Positions 12,142 to 24,200 of a DNA stretch of 64,000 bases are shown here, in pieces (position 1 is the stretch's first letter; every line of letters begins with the position of its first letter). This DNA comes from Octopus bimaculoides (taxonomy: Eukaryota): contig NC_068996.1 of assembly GCF_001194135.2 (NCBI RefSeq), forward strand, positions 50,479,530-50,543,529, written 5' to 3'. The position numbers and the translations under genes were made by a program. The notes below the pieces were generated by a model. The model was given only the letters and a program-made list of their open reading frames with translations. It had not been told where the DNA came from and ran no database searches.

Positions 12142-15100
12142 ATGTATGTGTGTGTGCGCGTGGGTGTGTATATAATGATATGTAAAAGTAAGAATTCAGG
12201 CATAGGAAGTTAGTAAGCTTCAAGCAGTTTGCAGAAGGAATAAAAACCCAAGTTGAAGGAATGGAGCAGGTAAAACCCAAGCTACAAATGTTTCCTAGCT
12301 TGCAGAACCTCAGAAATAATAATTGCTCAATGAGCAGTGTGTGTGTGTGTGTGTGTGTGATGATTTTTTAAAAATTCAAGGATATTCAAAATTATTTGAG
12401 ATGAGTTTTATAAAGTCTGTTTTGTGGACCATTTCCTTATTTTAGTTGTAATTGATACACTCTCCAAACATCTTCAAGTGATATTCTTGAGATAAGTCTG
12501 GGATTGAACATGAAACTACATTCAACATACTAACACTACTGGTCTATTTGCACAGAAGACAATAATGTTGACATCTGTGACTTGTTCTTTTGTATTTTTG
12601 TATATTGTGTCCATGACATATTGTTTGGAACACAAGAACCGGCTGGTTAGTTAAAAAGTTCCATTTTCAATTCCCTGTTGACCGAGGATATCACCTGGCA
12701 AATTTCAATTCAGAAATGTTAATAGCATGTCCAAAGATCTGGAAATCCTTCTGAAAACTGATATCACTTCTTATCAAAGAAGAGTTATGTTGAATAATTT
12801 TATGAGAAATTACAGTTTATGATCATAACTTTGCATTTTGCTAAGAAAGTTGCACCAATCAAAATCTATAATTTATCAATCAAAGCCTTTATTTAATTTG
12901 ATTTTTTTCTCTCTTAGAAAAGTTAACTAAATACTGGCTAAAATTTGGCTGGTCTTGTGCCTCCGCCATTCAGGCATCCCTATCCTATTTGTCATTCACC
13001 TCCACATCACTTATGGTGCACCTAACTCTCTTGCTTCTTCACTAACCATTATATTCCAATCCTTGCTCCCCAGAACATCCTCCTTCTGGAATCTCCTTGC
13101 TCATGTCTTTCTTGCAGTGATCGACACACACTCTTGGAGTGGTTGGCATTAGGTTGGCTTGCCAGATCAAATTGGAGCTTGGTGAAGCCTACTGGCTCGC
13201 CAGTCCCCAGTCAAACCGTCCAACCCATGCCAGCATGGAAAACGGACGTTAAACGATGATGATAATGATTAACAACATCAAACTCACCCAGTCTCAGATG
13301 ACCTGCAGAGGTCATGAGCACTTTCAAAATCATTAAAGGACAAATGATTATCTTCTACAACACACATACACACACACACCTTTCTGTCTCTCTAATCCTT
13401 CCATTCTATTTCCTTCTGTTTTACTTGATCAATACATACATATTTCCTGCTGCAGAGTGCATTGCTATTTTGAATGCTATGCCATGCAGTACATTTATTG
13501 AGTAAGCTGTGATTAGCATATTTTGAAATTTAGTGTTAAGTATGCATATCGACATCCAACAACTGAAAATAACCTTTCACTCATTTGAGAGAGACAGAGA
13601 CTGTTCTCAGTTTGGACATTTGTTTATTTGGACAATCTGTGAGCTTGAGGTTTGCAAGTTGTTAATTAAGCAAAATTTTGATTAAATTTGCAACTGTTAA
13701 AATGTCTTTTTTTTTTTGTTTGCTTTTAAATTGTTGGTGTAACTGAAACTCTATTGCATAATGTGTGTGTGTGTAAACATCAAACAATGGAAATGAGTGC
13801 TCAACACTGCATTGGTGGATAAAGATTATTTATGTATTAAGGCTACCATTGGTTTCATGTTAAGGAAATATCTTAACAAGTCTTCAAGCCAAACGCATAG
13901 AAAAATTGGTGTTCATCTCCATTTTGGGTTTAATGAGAGAGAGAATATTCTTTGCCATGAATCATTCCACTCCTCCACTCTTGAACACTATAGCTACATT
14001 AACTCCTAATTCCTTCTCCTCCCCACATCCTTCCAGCCACTAATTACCAACACTTCCTTACCACGATCCTGTGACCACGAGTCCGCTGCCCTAACCACTG
14101 GGTCATTGCGCCTCCCAATAGTAATAGTAGTGTGTTGTGTATATACTTTCTTCCCCCCTGCTTCAATATATTATATATCCAATACTAGGATATAAAACTA
14201 CTCTACAGTGCTTTGTATCATACTTTAACCTCATACTTCTGGTGCTTTGTGTCATACTTTAACCTCTCAACATTTAACATCCTTTTCTGCTATATGTCTA
14301 TGCGCCCACTCAGGTTGGAGAAGTCTTTAGTTTTATGAGTTATTTGGTGACCTCACTAATGCTGGTGCCTTGGAAAACAGAATGTATACACTGTAAAAGT
14401 GTAGTTGTATCTGCTTAAGCAGACAGGAGTATGTCTCTTCTCTGACTCATCAGATCCTGTCAAATTGTCCAATCAATGCCAACATGGAAAATGGACATTA
14501 AATGTTGATGCTCTTACTTGTACATTTATAAATGAAATCTTAAAAGTAGGATTGTCCAATGCCTGTTATTGTAAATAAATAAATAAATAAAAATACTTTT
14601 GGAGCAGATAAATTTTATATTCAGCTCTTATGCTCATATGCATATGCGCACAAACACACATATACATGCCTTAATACACATCTGATTCAATTAATTAATT
14701 TTGGTGGGTAGCTGTTTCATATTATCTTTTCATTTGTTGCATTTAAATGTTATATAACTGAAGTCATTATTGTCTTTGTCATTGGATAGGTGGGTGAGTG
14801 GATGGCCAATTATTTGGAATGGTGGTGACAATTAAAAATTGGTCCCTGTTGCTAATATTTCTATCATGGCCTAAGTTCACATAACTTGGTACTTGTTATC
14901 TTTTGCAGTGCTATTTATGCTAGTGAGCTATTTGCACACTAGTAATGTCTACTTGTGTCTAAGTGATCTGGTATCTTGAGAATTTATTGTTTCCTATTAT
15001 TAGTAAACGTGATATGATCAGTTGCCTCCTTGGCTGATTGTTTAGTATCAACTTTATCAACTTGATCTTAGCCATCTTTGTTCTCACACTTGATCTAAAG

Positions 15101-16418
15101 AGCATGTGTGGCTTACTACACTAGAGTTTTCTCTTGGATAACAAGCGCAAAGCAGAAATGTTATCAGCAACAAATTGTTATAGTTTCAGGAGAAATATAG
15201 CCACATCTTTTATAAAATAAAACTGTCCACTCTTCCAATCTAAAACTGGCGCCACTATGAGTCAACCACTTCCATATTTTTTTTATTTCTGTATTTTACT
15301 CTTATTTAGAGCATCTCCTTTACATTTGTGGCAATTAATAAACTTATTAATAAGATATGCATAATTGAGGGATTATTTTCAGTAGCAGTCTTTCTTTGAA
15401 GAATTCATGGGTTTTTCTTCCTTGCTTCATTTCCATAATATGAGTGTCTGTGGCCTAGTGGTTAGGGTGTTCCATGCACAAACTGTGGTTTCGATTCCTG
15501 GCTTCGGTGTTCTTGCACAAAACGCTTCATTTTAGTATACTCAACTGTAAATGACTTCTCAGCAACAGGTGGGAAATTAACTCTGCAATCAACTGGCATT
15601 CCATTCAGGAGGGAATGTTGTAATCTCGGACATATATATGCCATGGAAATTGGTTTAAGCTTCGTCCTTATGAGTCCTGGGGATCATGACAGGTTGAAGC
15701 TATTTTCCTTAATTGGAAACCTAGATTGAAATTTTGGGGTAGGTAAGGGATTGAATCTGGCTGGTTTGAACATAAAACATGTAGAATATTTAGGCCGGAT
15801 ATGGACAATTCAAATGCTAAAGGGTTGATCGCTTGTCTTGTATCTGTTCCTGCTTCTACTGTTACTACTCCTGGGAGGTAAGTTTTCTTTTTGGTTGAAT
15901 ATGGAATCCATTTCTCCACAGAAGTATCTCAATTAGTTGAGATTGTTTCAAATCAAATGTTACCTCTCAATGTTGATTATTTGTATGTTATAAATAATTC
16001 ATAAAATGAATGGTAATTTATGTGCAATGTTTGGTACCTGTGGAACCTAGATTCGCTGGATAATATTTATTTGGCCATTACACCGAATAAGCTTTGTTAA
16101 AAGCTGTGAAAACCAAAATTAAATCCCATGAAAATAAACATAAGCAATAGATCTTTGGGTGAGACAACTCTCTAAATAGTAAAGCACAGAGTCTTCCGAA
16201 GTGATTGGCTTTAAAATTCAAAAGTATATGAGCAGCTATATTAACAGCAGCATATGATAAAATGCATTGTGTGGTGCCACCACCACCACCACCACCATCA
16301 TCATCATCATTATCACCATCATCACCTGCTTTCTACATGTTAAATTAACTATAATAAAAAGTAGTATAATTTGCATGAAGTATTTTCTCATATATATATA
16401 TAAATGTTTTTAATTATA

Positions 16419-16450
<32 letters not shown>

Positions 16451-17015
16451 GCCAAAATAATGCAAATTATAAAAGTACAGGTTGGTGATTTTACCTGGTA
16501 TTTCAATATTTCAGGGTTAGGACTTATTCTTCAGGAAATCTTTGGAATAAAGGTGTTGTTAGCTGATTTCTCTCATCATCTTTATAACTTGCATTGTTTT
16601 GGTTTAAAAATAAAATGTTTTAAAATAGTGAAATATAACATTTTTATTAGTAAAGATTATTAATTGCATTATTAACCAAATTGTCTTTTGTTAAGATTTA
16701 CTTCCTGTTTCTACATTAATATTCTCTTATAATTCTTGTAAGTAAAACCCCAAAGACATTGTTTTCTCATTTGGATGTATATTTTTGTTTCATCAAATCC
16801 AGCTTTAATATTAAAAATATTTTTTTGGTTTCTCCACAGAGAAGTGCCCAGTATCTTCATAAAGAATTGCCTGTCCGAATTGCTCATAGAATTGGGGGTT
16901 TCAGAGGACTGCCGTTTATTGTTGGCTGCAATCCAACAATTTTGCAAGTGGTAATTTTTTTTTTTTTTTTTTTTTTCNNNNNNNNNNACTCCAATTTGCT
17001 CTTTCCTCCCTCTAC

Positions 17016-17047
<32 letters not shown>

Positions 17048-18183
17048 GATGGCTAGCTGGCAGAATCATTAGCAGTATTTTGTCTGTTACATTCTGAGTT
17101 CAAATTCCGCCAAGGTTGCTTTTATCTTTTCAGGGTTGATCAATTAAGTACCAGTTGAGCACTGGAGTTGATGTAATCGATTATTCTCCTCTCCCCAAAA
17201 TTTCAGGCCTTGTACCTATATTAGAAAGGATTATTATTATTAAGGTAACAAGCTGGCAGAATTGTTAGCACACTGTGCAAAGTACTTAGAGGCGTTGTTT
17301 TATGTTCTGTGTTCAAATTCTGCTGAAGTTGATTTTTCCTTTCATCCTTTTGGGGTTGATTAAATAAGCACCAGTTGAGCACTGGGGTCAATGTAATCGA
17401 CTAGTCCCCTCCCCCAAATTTCAGGCATTGTGCCTTTAGTAGATAGGGCTATTATTATTATTATCATTAAGGTGGTGAGCTGGTGGAATAGTTGCATGCT
17501 GGGCAAAATTCTTAATGGCATTCTGTCTGTTTTATGTTCTGAGTTCAAATGCTGCCGAGATTGATTTTGCCTTTCATCCTTTTGGGGTGGATAAAATAAG
17601 TACCAGTTAAGCGCTGGGGTGGATGTAATCAACTTATTTTGTATCCCAAAATTGCTGGCTTTGTGCCAAAACTTGAAGCCAAAAAGACGGTGAGCTGGCA
17701 GAATTGTTAACACACTGGGCAAAATGCTTAGCGATATTTTGCCCATCTTTACATTATGACTTCAAATTCTGCCGAGGTTGACTTTGCCTTTCATCCTTTT
17801 GGCGTTGGTAAATTAAGTACCAGTCAAGTACTGGGGTTGATGTGATCAACTAGTCCCCTCTCCACAAATTTCAGACCTTGTGCCTAATGTAGAAAGGATT
17901 TTTATTATTATTATTATTATGATCATCATCATCATGTATCTTTTCTAGAGAGGTACAATGGATGCAAGGTGCTGTTCTTGATTGCATGGTCATACTCTCT
18001 TTACTCTTTTACTTGTTTCAGTCATTTGACTGTGGCCATGCTGGAGCACCGCCTTTAGTCGAGCAAATCGACCCCAGGACTTATTCTTTGGATCGGTCTC
18101 TTTTGCCGAACTGCTAAGTTACGGTTGTCAAGCGATGGTGGGGGGGGAACAAACAGAGACACAAACATATACACACACATACA

Positions 18184-18254
<71 letters not shown>

Positions 18255-21200
18255 GACAGGCTTCTTTCAGTTTCCGTCTACCAAATCCACTCTGAAGTCT
18301 TTGGTCGGCCCGAGGTTATAGTAGAAGACACTTGCCCAAGGTGCTACGCAGTGGGACTGAACCCGGAACCATGTTGTTGGTAAGCAAGCTACTTACCACA
18401 CAGCCACTCCTGAGCTCAAACATTATAGAAACCATTGTATTGATTTACACAAAACTTTCGTTTTCTTCAGTCAGTCTGTTGAGTAGGCTATTTGAAAGAT
18501 AATTGCTCCAATAAACACTTTTTCACCCATGAAGCCAAAAAGTGAATCAGATAAAAGAAATCTTTATTGCTTTTTCAAAGTTTTGGATTGAAAAGGAAGA
18601 AGTTGTAAAGTAGGGATATATATGACACAATCTTTGAATGCAAAGTGTACTTTCTTGGCTGTGTGATTAAGATTACCAACCATGTTTCCCATTATATGGT
18701 GCTTTGAGTAAGTGTCCTCTACTCTAATTTTTGGTTAATTACTTTACTCGTTTGTAGAATTTGGTACATACAAGCCCTTAATTTGTGTATCTTTTATCTT
18801 TTACTTGTTTCAGTCATTTGATTGCGGCCATGCTGGCGCACCACTCCTCTGATGCGTTTCAGTCAAACAAATTGACCCCTATGCTTATTTTTCTTTTTAA
18901 GCCTGGTATTTATTGTTGGTACCTTCTGCGGAACCCCTAAATTATGGAGACATAAACAAACCAAGACTAGTTGCCAAATTATGGTGGGATGACAAAGGAA
19001 CACACACAACTATGAGGTTCTGTGATTGATGCTGCATTATACCTTGGACAAGTGTATTCTACTAAAGCTTTAGGATTGACTGGCAGAGATTATTTTGTGT
19101 ATGTGTACATATCATCATCATTTAACGTCTGTCCTCAATAAATGATGATGGTATATACATACACAAACACACATTTATATTCAAATATGAATGAGAAGCA
19201 GCCCGAGAGATATAAACAATATTGAACACACATACACAAGGCATGTGTTTTGCCAGTTGCCATTTTGTGAGCAGGCTGTGATTATAGGTATAGGAGAATA
19301 TATTCTTTCCAATTCTGCTGGTGTTAAATCACCTAAAAGTAATAGAGGGAACCTGATACAAGTTATCTTGCTTGTCTATGACTTCCAGGTGAATTGAAGA
19401 TAATATATTCTCTTATGCTTATAATTGCATCCTGCCCATGAACTGGGAAAACATATGCCTTGTTTATGTGTGTTTAATATTGTTTATAAACACATGCACA
19501 AACACACACACACACACATACACAACAGGCTTCAACATAGTTTCTGTCACAAGGCATCAGCTGACCCAGGTCTCTCGTAGAAGACACTTGTTCAAGGTGT
19601 TGCGCAGTGGGACTGAACCTGAAACGATGTGGTTGCAAAAAGAGTTTCTTAATCAGACCTCCTAGTAAACTAAGAAAACAACTACTTTATAAACAAAGTC
19701 CTTTGATAGTTCAGCTGCATTGTGTTAACTCGCTCTTATCACTGTTGTGGTTGTAAATACAGTAAAGGCATTCAGCCGTAAAAACCCTGCCAAAACAGAC
19801 ACAGAAGTCTGGTACAGTCTTCTGCCTGGCCAACTCCTGTCAAGCTGTTCAACCCATGCCAGCATGGAAGGCGGATGTTAAACGATAGTGATGATGATGA
19901 TGATAAGCTAATGAGTAAATCCCCCTGCTCCTCCCTGGAAACCTGTAACCAAATATGCTGTTGTTTATAAACTATGATATTAAATACATATCCCATGTTG
20001 GCACTTTGTGGGAAGCACTTGTGCCAGCGTCACATAAGGGGATCTGTATCAGTGCCACATAAGAAGAGACTGTGCCATGCCATACTGGTGTCATGTAAAA
20101 GTACACTCTGGAAAGTGGTTGGCATTAGGAAGGGCATCTCTCCACCACCACTTCATAACCAGTGTTGGTTTGTTTATGCCTCCCATGAATTCGTGGTTGA
20201 GCAAAAAGAGACTGAGACAGGTTTTTAAAAAATAACTACTGGTGTCAATTTGTCCTACTAAACCCTTAAAGTAAAGGCATGGTGCTGCCCCAGCATGGCC
20301 ACAGTCCAATAACTGAAACATGTAATTAGTAAGCATCTGCCTTTTTTGGGGGAGGTGGGAGGTATATCTAAAATCTTTTATTAATCACATCATAAAAGAA
20401 AAAGTCACAGAAAGCAAAAAATATTCACTATATTTACTTCTTTTTCTTTTCTCTAATATTTTATCATTAAATGATTATTTTTGTTTCTCTCTTTTAGCAT
20501 GAAATGTACATTCGGGCATTCAACATATTAACTGAATTTCCAAGTGTAAGTCATTTATTTAAATTTATCTGGCAATAATTTTTATTCTATTTAACATCAT
20601 ATAAAAATCTATCAAAACCATACTTCACACTGAACTACTCTATCAAAAGCATTAAATGCCAAATAAACAAAACTCATCAATTATTGATGGTATAATTATA
20701 TGTTCCCTAACATTATATTAGTAAAATTGTAGTGATAAGTTTAGAAATTAATTAGTGCTGACTGACTTTTGCACTATTGTATCATTGCATTATAAGTGTT
20801 CAATTCACTGTAATTTTATTACTTTCTGTAAATTCTGGATGAATGAATTAAATATTAATTTCTTTTACCTTCTAGCATTCAGATTATTCTGTCAAATGCA
20901 ATGCTTATTTATTCACATTGTTTTGAATGAATTAACCCATTTCAACCCAGGTTTTTAATTTTGCAATTTGTTGAAATTTTGAAGATAGTTATATAAATAG
21001 GGATAGCAAACATGTGGAAGCGTCCAGTTAACCTTTATTGCAGTAAACAAACCAAATACAACTGTCCTCAAACAAGGATAGTGGGTTAAAATGGGTTAAT
21101 TATGCATTATCTCATAGTTGCAAGATTTCGATGGTGTGAGATTTTACTTTTAGAATGACATTGTAGGGTAAATGTGAAAGGCCAGATCTGGCCAATTTGA

Positions 21201-24200
21201 GCATAAAAGAGGTTGAATATTTGAGCCAGATATGGCTGATTTGAATGCTAAAGGGTTAGGGCAGTGGTTCTCAACCAGGGTCCATATAGCCCCTGGGGGG
21301 GGGGGGGTTCAAACAAAATAGTAATTTGAGGATCAACTGTATTATTTTAAGGGTCCATGAAAAAAATGTTTAGTTTTGATGTATTTAGAGCAAGAAACGG
21401 CTATGTTTCTTTCTGTAACACTTAACATAGTTCAACATGTTTCTTGCTAATGTGTGCAAGTGAATGTGTGAAAAACTAAATAGGAATTTTGAAAGAAGTA
21501 TCTTTAAGACGAGGTTTTAAACATCGAATAGATATGGGGGTCTGGGGTCCATGGATAAAACAATGGTTGAGAACCACTAGGTTTGGGAAATGCTACACAG
21601 TAAAGACTCATTTACAAAGAGGGGACACACACACACAAATACATTAAAAATGATAATTTGATTTTTTTTTTTTGTTTTTGAAGTGTACTTTTCTTTTTAT
21701 TATTTACAGATTCATAACTTTGAGGATGAGCAAAAATATAGTCAAACGTTGAAAAGTCTTTTGGATGATCATAAAGATGTAGTCTCTTTATTGGCTGAGG
21801 GTCTTGGAGAATCTCGCAAACATATCAAAGTAATTTGAATTCATTTTTTTTTTAAAGTTCAACATAAATGACATCAAACTTTATAAGCACCAATTTCAGC
21901 TAAGAACTGAGCAACTGATCAGGTCCAAACCCAAATCTTATATATATATATATATTCACCGTGATTGATCGCTGGCCACTAAACCTTTTTTATTTTCTCT
22001 CCCTGTTTATTTCTGTGTACCTTTCTGATGAAGAGCGTAGGCTCGAAACGTAAATGACTTTCTCACTTTCCAAGCATTAAACTAATACATCTGTTTGTTG
22101 TTTACACACCCGTTTTCGTCTTATGTTTTGTTTTGTAAATTCCAACTATATATATCTATCTATATATATATACACATATATATACATATATATATCATCA
22201 TCATCATCATCGTTTAACGTCCGCTTTCCATGCTAGCATGGGTTGGACGATTTGACTGAGGACTGGTGCAACCGGATGGCTACACCAGGCACCAATCTAA
22301 TTTGGCAGAGTTTCTACAGCTGGATGCCCTTCCTAACACCAACCACTACGAGAGTGTAGTGGGTGCTTTTACGTGTCATATATATAGTATATATATATAT
22401 ATATATATATATTCTTTCTTGACATTACAACCAGTCAATTTACGCTTTCGAAGTATCTGTGGAATAGAAAATCCTTTACTTAGATAACAAGTAATGATTG
22501 GCAATTGGAAGAGCAACTAGCCATAAAATTCTATTGCTAATAAATCCCAGTCCAGCTTATGCTAGCATGGAAAAATGGGGTTAAATGAACAAATAAGCTT
22601 AAGACAAACATGCAGATGCTCAGAAATACGTATGCACATAGCTTTTATTGATATTATTTTCTTCTTGGTAATTTTGAATTTTTATTTTTTTATTTTTTTA
22701 GGATGACAACTTGATAAAAATCTTTCTTGATCGTACTTTAACTTCAAGATTGGGTATTCGAATGTTAGCAGAGCATCACTTGGCAATGCACGAAGAAAAG
22801 GTATGTTTCTTTAAATGACTATCGGATAAAAATTATTTCTTTTCTCTTGAAAATATTTTTCTATTTTTTTTCCACACTTTACTATATTAGTTTGAATAGA
22901 TCCTCACAACTAAGAATGTTAATGGGACTGTTAGAAAGAAATTTAGAATCTTAGAATTATGTTAGCTTTTGGATATGTAGGTGAAAATATTTAATTCTTG
23001 GATTATATAGCTTCATTAAGCCATCATTGCTCTTTTTTTTTTGTTTTTAGAGTAAGTCTAAGTTATTTTTCTGTTATATTTCTATGCATTATCTTTATTC
23101 TTTCTCAATACTGAGGTATTATTTACACAATATTTCAAATCTCATGTTATTCTAGTTGAACAAAAATAAATATATACATATATTAGTTAACTTATTTTAA
23201 TGTTGATATATTTTCTCATTGGCATATTGGCTAATAAAGGGGAAGAGGGATATTTGGGTTTTCGTATGGAAATGAGAGAAACACAAATTGGAGTTTTGTC
23301 ATCATTTGTAAATCATCATAAGAAGAAAAGTGTTTGCTGTTTTGTTTTGCAAAATGGTCAAGTGAGTGAATGTTAGATATTGGGTTTTGTTTGTTTTGTA
23401 ATGTGTGATTTATATGAGTTGTTAGAGTTTGGGAGTTGAGTAAATGAGTATTAAAGTATACAGTCAGTTTATCAAATATATTTAGGTTTTATAGGTGGTG
23501 GTGGAAGGAATGAGGTTTGGATGTTGTGCTATTATAGTATCTATAATGAATAGCTTTGTAGAGAGACTGGTTTTAGTGTAGTATAGATGTGTGTGTGTGT
23601 GTATATTATAGCGATGTGATAAATATAAGATGCAAAATTATGTAATGAAATGTAAGTTTTTCTGCTCAACTTTTAATGCAAAAATATCAAAACTATTCTA
23701 AGACTTTAGTTACCAAATATGAAATGTGTTTTTGGAATATCCAGGGTAAATTATTTTTATTAAACATAACCATGAATTTATATGTCTGTAGAGCAACATT
23801 TACACTGTATTAAGCAAGGCTATGGAGTTAAGCACAGAATAATTGATAATCATCTTTGATATTATATGAAGAATAGGTTCTTTTACATTTCTGGGAAGTT
23901 TTCGTTCTACATGCAAAAAGAACAAAGCATTTTTTTAAACATTACAATACTTTAATAGGTTTGATGACTTGTATACTAGTCATATCCTACCATGTACTTA
24001 TTTGAATAATCTTAGACTGTTTTTTTTTTCAGTAGTAGTTGGGTCAAGGTGGAGCTCTTGTAATGAAATTCTTATACAGATTGAGTTCATTTTAGATTGG
24101 TTCTATTTATGCTTCTATTTGAATTGGAATAACTTGTTATCACCAAACTTAGAAACTCTTGTAGCATTGCTGGCCAAATCAAACACTTGTATGTTTCTTT

